In this document: piece by piece, positions 53,286 to 63,000 of the stretch
Layout: each line of letters starts with the position of its first letter
Numbering within the stretch: the first letter of the stretch is position 1
The notes under the pieces: model-generated
Database searches by the model: none
What the model was told of the DNA's origin: nothing
What the model saw: the letters and a program-made list of their open reading frames with translations, nothing else
Sequence record: NC_019408.1
Direction: 5' to 3' (one strand)
DNA: 64,000 nucleotides
Translations under genes and position numbers: made by a program

Positions 53286-53424
53286 TCCTCGTAGAGCGGC
53301 GCTGGGGCCTGAAGGCCCCAATCGTTGAGCCTCTGCGTTGTCGTCAGAAACGGCCCGCCGGCATCCCGCCGCGCGGGCCGTTTCGTCATGGGCGTCATGC
53401 GACCTTGAGTCCACCGTGGGTAGT

Positions 53425-53463
53425 GTCGTGAATCTTGACTTTCGACCACCTTTCCGGTAGCTT
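53425..53463 (+). promoter_or_regulatory. GTCGTGAATC-TTGACT promoter
   Basis: N17 then TAGCTT. Confidence 0.75.
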
Positions 53464-53508
53464 CCCCTTCATCACCAACGCTCATAAGTCGGGGACTAGA
53501 GAGCCGAT

Positions 53509-53907
53509 ATGTCGCAAGACCACACCGGCTCCGCAACGCAGAGCCAAGAACACATCTTTCGTAAGCTGGATGAGCTTGGCGCAATGCACATGCGTACCCG
53601 CGAGGACATGGCCGAAGTCAAGGAGAAGGTGAAGACCATCGCCTCCTCTCAGGAGCGCTTTGAGCGCGACGTTTGGCGCGAGATGGACATTCGCCACGCC
53701 GAGACCAAGGAGCAACTGGCCGCCATCAAGAATCAAACCGCCGATCGGATCGACGAGATCGAGGCCAAGGTGAACACCATTCGCGAGGAGCGGATCGCCG
53801 AAAAAGCCCAGTGGCGTGGCCCCGAGAAGGTCATTGCCGGCATCGTCGCCCTGGCGGGCGGCGTCACCGCGATCGGCGTTCTCTGGAGCATCTTCAAACC
53901 CCACTAA
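53509..53907 (+). CDS. Coiled-coil protein with a C-terminal transmembrane helix
   Basis: Helical body; IAGIVALAGGVTAIGVLWSIF. Confidence 0.7.
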   Translation: MSQDHTGSATQSQEHIFRKLDELGAMHMRTREDMAEVKEKVKTIASSQERFERDVWREMDIRHAETKEQLAAIKNQTADRIDEIEAKVNTIREERIAEKAQWRGPEKVIAGIVALAGGVTAIGVLWSIFKPH

Positions 53908-53941
53908 GCCTACAGTCAAGCTTGTTCGCCTGCGGCCAGAA

Positions 53942-53982
53942 GTCGCGGTTCTTGACACCCCCCAGCGGCCCGAGCTAACCAT
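53942..53982 (+). promoter_or_regulatory. Variant promoter GTCGCGGTTC-TTGACA
   Basis: GCTAACCAT -10; GANTC absent. Confidence 0.55.
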
Positions 53983-54012
53983 AGGGTCATCTGTTCCTGG
54001 GGAGTTTCCTAG

Positions 54013-54234
54013 ATGGCTGCTGCGCTTACCCTCGTCTCCTGCGAGACGAACTTTTCGACCACCACGGACACCGATCCGGACGCGGCGCACGAGCGCCTCA
54101 TTCTGGTCCTCAACACCGCCTCAGAAGCGGGCCTTGGTGAAATGACGTTGGAAGTCAAAGAAGAGATCGAGGCCCTGCTCAAGCAGGCGTCTATCGAACT
54201 CTCGAACTGCCGGATCGTGGGGGGAGTTCCTTAA
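54013..54234 (+). CDS. Hypothetical protein
   Basis: GGAG RBS. Confidence 0.6.
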   Translation: MAAALTLVSCETNFSTTTDTDPDAAHERLILVLNTASEAGLGEMTLEVKEEIEALLKQASIELSNCRIVGGVP

Positions 54235-54256
54235 TCGCCATCCCAGAGGGAGCGAC

Positions 54257-55123
54257 GTGTCCGAGTCTTCCGAATTCAACCCGCTCGACCAATCCCAGTT
54301 CCCTCCTCGCCTCACCAAGGCTGCTGCGCGTCAGGCGCGGCGCCAGGAGCGCAGCCAGAAAAAGGACCCCACGGCGAACAAGCCCAACTACAAGGCGCTC
54401 GAAGCCAAGACTGAACGCCAGAAGCGCTACATCCAGGCGCTGAAGGCCGGCGAGAGCGCCATCGCCATCGGCGGGGCCGGCACGGGGAAGACCTACATCC
54501 CGTCCCGGCTCTTCGCCAAGAAGCTGATCGAAGGCAAGACCGAACGCCTGATCATCGCCCGCGTCACCGCCTCGCGGGCCAAGCACGCCCTGGGCTTCCT
54601 GCCCGGCAAGCTCGAAGCCAAGCTGGCCCCGTGGCTGGTGCCGGTGATCGAGGGCGTCAAGGCGGAAATGAACGCCCAGACCTATACGCAGTTGCAGGAG
54701 GCCGGCAAGATCGAGTTCGCCTCCTTCGAGCACATGCGCGGCCGGACCTTCGGCGAGTGCTGCGTCCTGCTGGACGAGGCCCAGAACGCCGACTACAAGG
54801 ACCTGAAGATGGTCCTGACCCGTTGGGGTGAGAACGCCCAGTACGCGGTCACCGGCGACGTCGACCAGATCGACGTGGACGACTCCGGGCTGGACACGGT
54901 CATCGACATCGTCGAGGCCAACGACATCCCCATCCACGTCATCGAGTTCACCGACGAAGACGTCGTGCGCTCGCCCATGGCCAAGGCCTGGGTCAAGGCC
55001 TTCTCCGCCCACGAGGGCAAGGACGGCCGGCCCCGGCGCTTCCACCGCCCGGCTGTCAGGAATCTTGACGCTTTGCCGGCGTTCATCGATAATGGCCATG
55101 TCACGAAACCCGTGGCATCGTGA
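54257..55123 (+). CDS. phoH: PhoH-family ATPase
   Basis: GGAGTGKT Walker A; LGFLPG.L..KL.PW; MRGRTF; LLDEAQN; LTRWGE; GDVDQID. Confidence 0.93.
   Translation: MSESSEFNPLDQSQFPPRLTKAAARQARRQERSQKKDPTANKPNYKALEAKTERQKRYIQALKAGESAIAIGGAGTGKTYIPSRLFAKKLIEGKTERLIIARVTASRAKHALGFLPGKLEAKLAPWLVPVIEGVKAEMNAQTYTQLQEAGKIEFASFEHMRGRTFGECCVLLDEAQNADYKDLKMVLTRWGENAQYAVTGDVDQIDVDDSGLDTVIDIVEANDIPIHVIEFTDEDVVRSPMAKAWVKAFSAHEGKDGRPRRFHRPAVRNLDALPAFIDNGHVTKPVAS
55055..55093 (+). promoter_or_regulatory. GTCAGGAATC-TTGACG promoter inside the phoH 3' end
   Basis: N17 then GATAAT. Confidence 0.6.
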
Positions 55124-55124
55124 C
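55100..55124. promoter_or_regulatory. GTCAC-N15-GTGAC operator-like palindrome
   Basis: GTCACGAAACCCGTGGCATCGTGAC. Confidence 0.55.
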
Positions 55125-55140
55125 AAAGACGTAGAGCACC

Positions 55141-55662
55141 ATGGCCTTCACCTTCGTTGTTGAGACCGGCGCCGGCGACCCGGCCGCGAACTCGTACTGC
55201 GACGTGCAGTTCGCGGACGACTACATCTACGCCAACGTCTACTCGAACACCGCCTGGGCCGCCTTGGAGGACGAGGACAAGGAACGCTTCCTGGTCCGCG
55301 CCTCCAAGTACCTGGACCGGACGGTGCAATGGGCGGGGGAGAAGATCGAGGAGGACTCCGGCCTGCGCTGGCCGCGCGCCGGGGTCTATGACGTCGACGG
55401 CTTCCTGATCCCCAGCGACGCCATCCCGCAGCAGTTGATGGAGGCCACCGCCGAAATGGCGGCGGCGCTCCTCAACAACGACTGGACCTCGCCGCAGACC
55501 ACGCGCGGCATGAAGGAAATCCAGGTCGACGTCATCGAACTGAAGTTCGACACCGAGGTCCAGCGCGGCTCGATGCCGGACATCGTCATGCAAATCCTGG
55601 AGGGCCTGGGCGTGGTCAAGACCGGCCAGCGCCCGGCCTTCAAGAAGATCATCCGGCACTAA
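55141..55662 (+). CDS. Head-tail connector/adaptor protein
   Basis: VETGAG..AANSY..V..AD.Y...A..YLD...W.G.......L.WPR.G family motif. Confidence 0.75.
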   Translation: MAFTFVVETGAGDPAANSYCDVQFADDYIYANVYSNTAWAALEDEDKERFLVRASKYLDRTVQWAGEKIEEDSGLRWPRAGVYDVDGFLIPSDAIPQQLMEATAEMAAALLNNDWTSPQTTRGMKEIQVDVIELKFDTEVQRGSMPDIVMQILEGLGVVKTGQRPAFKKIIRH

Positions 55663-56054
55663 TGGCGCTCGAAGCGTTCATCCAGTCGCAGGTCCTGGTT
55701 GCCTTCAACCAGCTTGACGACCTCTGCAAGCGCTGGACCTATGTCCAGCGTTCGGGGACTGGCGTGCGCGACGTCGAGAGCGGCAAGACCGTCTACCCCA
55801 CGACCGAGATCGACATCCCCAAGGCCGTGCGGGTGCGCTTCAAGAAGGACGAGAAGGACAAGACCGGGCAGGTCCTGGTCGGCGAGAAGCTCCTCTTCCC
55901 GCGCGTCTACCTGCCCAAGGGCTTCGAGACCAAGACGTCCGACTACCTCATCGACGAGGCGGACGTGATCTGGGAGATCATGAGCGACCTGTCGGACCCG
56001 GCCAAGGCCGTGGCGATCCTCCAGGTGCGCACCTCCCGGATCGTGACGCCGTGA
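55662..56054 (+). CDS. Putative head closure protein
   Basis: Position and size. Confidence 0.55.
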   Translation: MALEAFIQSQVLVAFNQLDDLCKRWTYVQRSGTGVRDVESGKTVYPTTEIDIPKAVRVRFKKDEKDKTGQVLVGEKLLFPRVYLPKGFETKTSDYLIDEADVIWEIMSDLSDPAKAVAILQVRTSRIVTP

Positions 56055-56524
56055 AGGTAGGCGGCGCCAAGCTCAACTTCTACACCGACGGGAACCTGGA
56101 GGCGGCGTTCAAGCGCTTCTTCGCCACCGCCGAGAAGCGTTACGACGAGCGCGCCGACCGGTTGCTGATCCGGCTGAACGAACTGATCCTCTCGCGCACC
56201 CCGGTGTGGGAGGGCGACACGATCCACAACTGGCGCTGGTCGACCCGCGCGCCGGACATGCGTCACGAAGACCCGATCGGCGGCGTCGACCCTGGCCGCA
56301 CCAACGACATGCCCCTGGGCGTGGAGCCCCGGCGCCGCGCCAACGAGGCCCGCCCCCGCCAGTCGCTGGCCGGCGCGCTGCGGGCCAAGGAGCCGATCGA
56401 CATCTACCTGACCAACACCGCCGAGAGCGCGGTCGATCTCGAATACGGGCTGCTGCCGACCAAGGCCCAGAGCCGTAACAGCATGGGGATGGTCCGAATC
56501 TCGGTTAAAGAGGTGTTCGGGTGA
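56051..56524 (+). CDS. Putative neck/tail completion protein
   Basis: RTPVWEG....NW; IYLTN...AVDLEYG (HK97 gp10-like). Confidence 0.65.
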   Translation: MKVGGAKLNFYTDGNLEAAFKRFFATAEKRYDERADRLLIRLNELILSRTPVWEGDTIHNWRWSTRAPDMRHEDPIGGVDPGRTNDMPLGVEPRRRANEARPRQSLAGALRAKEPIDIYLTNTAESAVDLEYGLLPTKAQSRNSMGMVRISVKEVFG

Positions 56525-56595
56525 TCCCCGCGTTCATCATTCTGCCGCGCGTCTATCTCGCGGCGTGGGTTTCGTTCTGGCTCGGGGAGGACTAG

Positions 56596-57051
56596 ATGCT
56601 CGAACACGACATGCTCCGTCAAGTCCTGGAACAGCAGGCGCTCGCCGCCGCCGTCCTGGCCAACCTCGACCTGAAGTTCGACAACTCCCAGTTCGTCCAG
56701 CCGACCGACGGACGCCACTGGGCGGAGTTCTGGCACAAGACCGGCGCGACCAAGGCCTGCGAGGTCGCTGGGCCGAAGGGCTATGAGAAGACCGCTGGGC
56801 TGCTGCAATTCACCCTCAAGGCCCCCGAGGAGGAAGGCAACGGCGCGATCATCCGCGCCGGCGGTCTCGTCAAGCGGGCGCTGAACCGCAAGCAGTTGGT
56901 GATCCCGCCCGACGGCTGGGTCACGCTCGATCCGATCTCGGTCGACATGCACGGCAAGCCGATCGACGGCTTCTTCAACGTCATCGTCTGGGCGACGTTC
57001 GACTTCTACCACCGCGATCCCGACGCGCCCGATCACTGGCTCCGGGGTTGA
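56596..57051 (+). CDS. Putative tail terminator
   Basis: Precedes the tail tube gene; GLLQFTLKAP..EG motif. Confidence 0.65.
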   Translation: MLEHDMLRQVLEQQALAAAVLANLDLKFDNSQFVQPTDGRHWAEFWHKTGATKACEVAGPKGYEKTAGLLQFTLKAPEEEGNGAIIRAGGLVKRALNRKQLVIPPDGWVTLDPISVDMHGKPIDGFFNVIVWATFDFYHRDPDAPDHWLRG

Positions 57052-57075
57052 CGGCGGAGCTTCACGGCTGCTATA

Positions 57076-57114
57076 GTCGTGAATCTTGACATTCCGCGAA
57101 GTCTAGGGTAGGTT
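57076..57114 (+). promoter_or_regulatory. GTCGTGAATC-TTGACA promoter for the tail tube gene
   Basis: N17 then TAGGTT. Confidence 0.78.
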
Positions 57115-57166
57115 CACCACACTTGCGATGCAGGGCCGGGTCGGCGCGCTCGCTACCCTTCCTTTT

Positions 57167-57190
57167 GTCACAAAACCCTGGATTGGTGAC
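57167..57190. promoter_or_regulatory. GTCAC-N14-GTGAC operator-like palindrome
   Basis: GTCACAAAACCCTGGATTGGTGAC, just before the ATG. Confidence 0.7.
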
Positions 57191-57196
57191 CTGCAC

Positions 57197-59029
57197 ATGG
57201 CTGCATCGTTCTTCGCCGACTCCAACCGCGCGCGGATGCGCTACATCAAGGAAAACAACGTCATCTGGGGTGTCACCCCGGCGACGGGCGTTTCCCGCGA
57301 ACTGCGGTACACCGGCTCCACCGTCAACGCCCAGAAGGACACGACCCTCTCGGAAGAAATCCGTGCTGACCGCATGGTGTCCGAGATCGTCGAGGTCGCT
57401 GCGCGCACCACTGGCGAAATCAACGTCGAATTCTCGGCTGGCTCGCACGACGACCTGCTCGAAGCCTTCATGTACGGCGCGTGGACGCGCCCGATGACCT
57501 TCGACTCGGTCCAGGGCGTCTCGCTCGAATGGTCCGACACCGACACCCTGTACGTCAAGGGCAAGGACGTCACCCCCTACTTCTTCGCGGGCCGCCGCGT
57601 CCGCACGCAGGGCTTCATCAACGTCGCGAACAACGGCTACTGGCAGATCGCCACGATCACGTTCAACGCCGGCGCCAACCGCACCGAGATCAACATGTCC
57701 GCGTCGACGGCTGTCGCCGAGCGCGGCACCGCCTACTCGGCGATGTATGACGCCAACGACGTCATCGTCCTGAACAACGTCGCGATCCGCGCGGGCACCT
57801 CGGGCGAAGCTGCGTTCGACTCCAACGGCACCAACGCCTTCGCCGCCGCGATCGCTGCCGGCCAACTGCTGGTCGGTCAGAAGATTTTCGTCGAGGGCCT
57901 GGGCTTCGAGACGGGCACCGTCACCCTGGCTGATCTGCCGGCGGCTGGCGCGCGCGTCAAGATCGCCGACGGCGCCAAGGACGTCACCTTCCAATTCGGC
58001 GGCAGCGCCTCCCAGCCGATCGTCGTCGTGCCCCTGGGCACCGACGAAATCGACACCGCCCAGAACCTCGCTGACGCCATCAACAAGCTGCGCGTCCGCA
58101 AGCAACTGGAAGTGGGGGCCTCGGCCGCTGCCGGCGTCGTGACGCTGCGCAACCTGCTGGTGACGGGCGGCTCGGTCACCGAGACCGTCGCCGACGCCAA
58201 CGTGACCGTCGCCAACTTCTCGGGCGGCAACGCCACGGTGCGCGGCATCTTCACCATCGAGTCGCTGACCGATGACAAGATCGGCGTCAACCCGGCTCCG
58301 ACCACGCTGAACAACTCGACGGCCAAGGTCAACATCAAGGCCTCGACCCTGCGCAACCCGTCCGACCCGGACGTCATCACCGCGCAGTCGTTCACCTTCG
58401 AGACCGGCTTCGAAGACGTCGACCAATACTACCTCGCCGACGGCATGCGGATCGGTACGATCGGCCTGAACATCGCGGCCAACTCGATCCTGACGGGCTC
58501 CTACGGCCTGCAAGGTCGCGCCTCGACCCGCCAGAACGAGACCAAGCTGGGCGCTTCGCCCTACGTTGCGCTCCAGACGACCGCGACCCCGGTGGCCAAC
58601 GCCACGGTCAACGTCGGCAAGATCGCGATGAACGGCGAGGAACTCTCGACGGCCGTCCAGTCGATCGCCATCAACGGCACGAACAACCTGCGCGACCAGA
58701 TGGCCGTGGGCTACAAGTTCCCCGCCGGCATCGGCGCGGGCCGGATGGAAATCTCGGGCTCGCTGGTCGCCTACTTCGCTGATGGCAACCTGTGGGACAA
58801 GTTCATCAACCACGAGACCGTCTCGGTGAGCTTCCCGCTGACCGACGTGCTGGGCAACCACTACGAGTTCACGATCCCGGCGGCGAACTTCTCGACCGAC
58901 ACCGTGAACCCGGCCGGCGGCAACCAGGACATCATGGAGAACCTGGAGTACACCGCCAAGCGCGACCCGGTCACCGACTGCCAGTTCCAGATCGACCGCT
59001 ACTCCTCGATCTTCGCGAACACGAACTAA
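57197..59029 (+). CDS. Major tail tube protein with an inserted domain
   Basis: SEEIRADRMVS...GEINVEFS; GRMEISGSLVAYFAD..LWDKFIN; GN.YEFTIPA. Confidence 0.88.
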   Translation: MAASFFADSNRARMRYIKENNVIWGVTPATGVSRELRYTGSTVNAQKDTTLSEEIRADRMVSEIVEVAARTTGEINVEFSAGSHDDLLEAFMYGAWTRPMTFDSVQGVSLEWSDTDTLYVKGKDVTPYFFAGRRVRTQGFINVANNGYWQIATITFNAGANRTEINMSASTAVAERGTAYSAMYDANDVIVLNNVAIRAGTSGEAAFDSNGTNAFAAAIAAGQLLVGQKIFVEGLGFETGTVTLADLPAAGARVKIADGAKDVTFQFGGSASQPIVVVPLGTDEIDTAQNLADAINKLRVRKQLEVGASAAAGVVTLRNLLVTGGSVTETVADANVTVANFSGGNATVRGIFTIESLTDDKIGVNPAPTTLNNSTAKVNIKASTLRNPSDPDVITAQSFTFETGFEDVDQYYLADGMRIGTIGLNIAANSILTGSYGLQGRASTRQNETKLGASPYVALQTTATPVANATVNVGKIAMNGEELSTAVQSIAINGTNNLRDQMAVGYKFPAGIGAGRMEISGSLVAYFADGNLWDKFINHETVSVSFPLTDVLGNHYEFTIPAANFSTDTVNPAGGNQDIMENLEYTAKRDPVTDCQFQIDRYSSIFANTN

Positions 59030-59036
59030 GGGCTAT

Positions 59037-59060
59037 GTCACGATTCCCCCGGATCGTGAC
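59037..59060. promoter_or_regulatory. GTCAC-N14-GTGAC operator-like palindrome
   Basis: GTCACGATTCCCCCGGATCGTGAC. Confidence 0.7.
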
Positions 59061-59183
59061 AGCCCCCTCCAGCTTCCCCCGATAGACGAACGTCCACAGG
59101 ACAGTTGTCTCAGCGCTGAGCACGGGCCGCCCGGAAATCGGGGCCGGGCGGCCCACCCTCCCCGATACATGGACTCCCCGAAA

Positions 59184-59612
59184 ATGACCGACAAGATCAA
59201 GATCGACATGCTGGACCTCTTCTCGACCGACCGCGAGTCGGAAGAAGCCGGCACCTGGATTTTCCTGGACGAGGCCGAGGAAGTCGGCTTCAAGATTCGC
59301 GCTCTGGGCGCCAAGGCCGTCCTGGACCTGCGCGACGACCTGACCAAGAAGTACCAGTCCCTGCTCCGGGCCGGCGGCAAGCTGCCCGACGAGAAGGTCG
59401 AAGAAATCAACCTGAAGGTCATCGCCGGCGGCGTGCTGGCGGACTGGAAGGGCATCGTGGTCGGTGGGGAGGAAGTTCCCTACAGCCCCGACAACGCCTA
59501 TGCGGTCCTGAGCAACCCGAAGCTGGGCAAGATGGCCGGCTTCATCGCCCAGCACTCGACGGACGCCCAGAACTATCGTGACGGCACCCGCGAGGACGCC
59601 GCAAAAAACTAA
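59184..59612 (+). CDS. Tail assembly chaperone (G)
   Basis: Between tail tube and tape measure; VLADWKGI...VPYSPDNA. Confidence 0.82.
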   Translation: MTDKIKIDMLDLFSTDRESEEAGTWIFLDEAEEVGFKIRALGAKAVLDLRDDLTKKYQSLLRAGGKLPDEKVEEINLKVIAGGVLADWKGIVVGGEEVPYSPDNAYAVLSNPKLGKMAGFIAQHSTDAQNYRDGTREDAAKN

Positions 59613-60064
59613 CGGCGGCTCTTGAGTTCGCGCTGAACCAGAAGCAGGGCGGGAGCGGCCGAGTCAAATCGGCCGCCAAGTCCAACGAGTCCACCGACGA
59701 TTGGCTCGCCCGCTTCAAGCAGCAGAAGGCTTCGGTCCCTGACCCCGAGGATGAAGCCGAGGACTCCGAGCCGCAGGGGGTCCAGCCCTATCCCGACCTG
59801 ATGTGGGTCTGGGACGGCTTCTGGCGCCTCTCCAACAAACGCCCTCAAGGCATGGCCGGCCCGGCGCGGATTCCCACCTCGGAGATCGAGGCTTTCACCC
59901 GCATCCGCCGCTGGGGCTACGCCAAAAGCAACGAGTTCCTCTACTTCGTTGACCTGATGGATGAGGTCTACATGGCCTACGTCGCAAAGGTCCTCGAAGA
60001 GCAGGAGCGGCAACGAGAAACCGCCAGCCAGAAGCCCCAGACCCATAGACGGGGCCGCCGATAG
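59603..60064 (+). CDS. -1 frameshift extension of the chaperone (G-T)
   Basis: Slippery A AAA AAC at 59603-59609; -1 frame open to 60064; WVWDGFWRLS..R...IP.SEI motif. Confidence 0.82.
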   Translation, partial: KKLTAALEFALNQKQGGSGRVKSAAKSNESTDDWLARFKQQKASVPDPEDEAEDSEPQGVQPYPDLMWVWDGFWRLSNKRPQGMAGPARIPTSEIEAFTRIRRWGYAKSNEFLYFVDLMDEVYMAYVAKVLEEQERQRETASQKPQTHRRGRR

Positions 60065-60069
60065 GATCA

Positions 60070-63000
60070 ATGGACAGCGAAGCCCTCAAGCTTAAGATCG
60101 ACTCTTCGCAGGCGCGCCAGGACCTGGATGCGCTTGCGCGGAGCCTCGACCGTGCTTCCAAGGCCGCCGGCTCCATGCAGTCGAACCTCGCCAAGGGGGT
60201 CGACAAGTCCAACGACGCGCTGGTGCGCGGCGCCAAGAACATCGAGAAGTTCGCCCGCGTCACCGCCGAACTCTCGAAGGTCAAGCTCTCGGGCGATCCC
60301 GCCAAGCAGTTGACCGAATTCGCCAACGCCGTCTCGGCCGTGGCGCGCGCGCGGGAAATCTCCGCCGCCAAGCTGACCGGCCTGTCGAAGTTTGTCCAGG
60401 TCGGCGCCCAAATCTCCAAGCTCAAGTTCAGCGCCGAGTCGTTCTCGGGGCTGCGCGCCTTCACCCAGGCGATGGACGAGGCCGGCCGCGCGCGCGCCGT
60501 CTCGGGCGCCAAGCTGAAGGCCTGGGTCGATTTCATCGACGTCTCGGCGCGCGCCTCGCGCCTGCGCTTCCCCTCTCAGACCACCTCGTCGATCAAGGCG
60601 CTGGCCGAGGCCATGGACGCCATCGCCAAGGTGCGCACGCTCAGCCCCTCGCGGCTGGCCTCGATCAAGGAAATGTTCACCGTCCTGGCTTCGGCCAAGG
60701 GCATCAACGGCGCCAACGGCATCGCTCGGGACCTCGACGCCATCGCCGGCGCGGCGACGCGCGCGGCCAAGGCGATGAACGAACTGAAGGGCGCGCGCTC
60801 GGGCATGGGCGGCGCGCGCGGCTCGGGTGGTGGAAGTGGCGGGATCAGCGCCGGCTCGGCCGCGACCGTCAAGCGCTTCAACGAAGAGGTCGCCAAGACC
60901 TCCCAGCACACCGCCACCGCCAAGAAGGGCCTCACGGGTCTGGGCGAGGGCCTGACGGGTCTGTCGGGCCGGTTCAACCTCGCCTATCAGGCCGGGACGC
61001 TGTTCAGCGCCATGTTCTCCTCGTTCACCTTCGGCGGGCTGATCAAGGGCATCTACGACACCTCGGTCTCGTTCCAGAAGCTGAACAAGGCCATGCTGTT
61101 CGTCACCGGCACCTATGACGGCGCCAAGAAGGCGTCGCAGGACTTCATCGACATCTCGGTGCAACTGGGCGCATCCGTCGAGGACAACGCCGACGCCTAC
61201 TCGCGCTTCGCCATCTCGTCGGCCGCCGCCGGCCTGAAGCTGAACGACGTCAACAAGATTTACAAGTCGACCCAACTCGCCCTGACCGCCGTCGGCGCGA
61301 ATAGCGAACAGGTCGGCTACGCCTTCTACGGCCTGTCGCAAGCCATGGCCAAGGGCAAGATTTCGTCCGAAGAGTTCAACCGCCAGATCGGCGAGCAAAT
61401 CCCCGGCAACGCCCAGGCGGGTGCGCGCGCCCTGTCGAAGCTGACGGGCCAGCAGAAGTCGGTCGCCGACCTCTTCGACGAGATGCGCAAGGGCACGCTC
61501 CAGTCCGCGCCGTTCCTGAAGGCCTGGGCCGATGAAGTCAGCCGCATGTTCGCGCCGCTGCTGCCGGAAGCTGAGAAGCGCCCCGACTTCCAACTGAACA
61601 AGGTCAAGACCGCCTTCTCCCTGTGGAAGAAGGAAGTGGGCCAGTCGCAGTTCATCGGCGCCCTCACCACGCAGTTCAAGCGCCTGTCGGACATGCTCAT
61701 CGTGGTCAAGGGCGACCACTACGTCCTGACCGATCGCGGCAAGAAGCTGGCTGACTCGTTCGGCAAGGGTCTGGCCCAGGCCGTCAACATCCTGGGCAAC
61801 GCCCTGGCGTGGCTGGCGGACAACATGGACAAGGTCGTGTCGGTGATCAAGGTCATCGGCGCCCTGGCGATCGGCAATGAGTTCGCCAAGTGGGGCTCCC
61901 AGGTCGCCAAGTTCGCCGACAACATGCTGGGCGTGAAGAAGGCGATCGAGGAAGTCTCGGCCGCTGAGTCGACCGCCCAGGCCAAGCGCGCCGTCGTCAA
62001 CAAGTCCGGCGCGGTCAACACCGCCGCGTCGCTGGCGACCGATCGCATGGCGATGGCGACCAACCGCAGCCGTGACGCCGTCATGGGCGGCACCTTCGTG
62101 GGCTCGGCCGCCGCGCCGGCCGTGCGTCAGGCTCCGGCCTTCTCGCAACTGTCCTACCTGACCGGCGCTCCGACGGAGGCTGCGCGCGGACGCGCGACCT
62201 TCGGCCAGCGCCAGCCCTTCACCGGCAACTCCACCTTCGACGCGCGCCCGGCCGCGCGCGGTAACATGCTGGGCGGCCTGATGGGCGCGGCAAGCGCCGG
62301 CGCTGCCACGGCGGCGACCACCGCGTTCAGCGGCCTGCGTAAGGTCATCAACCTCCTGCCCGGCGTTGCGCTGACGGCGGCCGTTGCCCTGGCGATCTTC
62401 GGCAACAGCATGACCAAGCTGAACGACAAGGCCGTCTCCTACAACAACATCGCCGCCGGCGCCCTGGGCACGGCAGGCGATCAGGTTGGCATGGGCCTGA
62501 CCGGGCTGTTCAACGGCATCCGGGGCCTGCTGGGCGCCCAGCAGAAGGCCGCCGGCACCGGCGACTGGCTGGTCGACATCTCCGCCTCGCTGATCGTCTT
62601 CGGCAAGACCATCTTCACCCTGGCCTCGACCCTGGGCAAAATCCTCGGCACGATGATGTCCAACATCATCATCCCCTGGATCGACCTGGGTCAGAAGCTG
62701 TCCTCGGGCGACCTGAAGGGCGCTGCGGCGGCCTCGGGTGAAATCCTGCTGGGTCAGTTCGGCAAGGAGAGCCGCAAGCGCTGGGGTGACCTGGGCAAGG
62801 AACTGGGTCAGGACTGGGGCAAGGCCCTGGACTACGCGGGCACGCGCAAGTCGATCGTCGACGGCGCCCTGAAGTCGGCCGCCGGCGACACGGCCGCCAC
62901 GCAAGGCGCCAACGCCGCCCAGAAGATGACGGAAGCGGCCCTCGCCCAGATGAAGGCCGCCGACGATCAGGCCCTGGCTGCGGCTGACCTGAAGGACGCC

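Noticed and set aside
48465-53500. Numerous track ORFs overlapping tRNA genes
   Set aside because: They overlap clear tRNA cloverleaves and have atypical codon usage.
53509-53907. Holin assignment
   Set aside because: There is a single C-terminal transmembrane helix and no adjacent endolysin, which is insufficient support.
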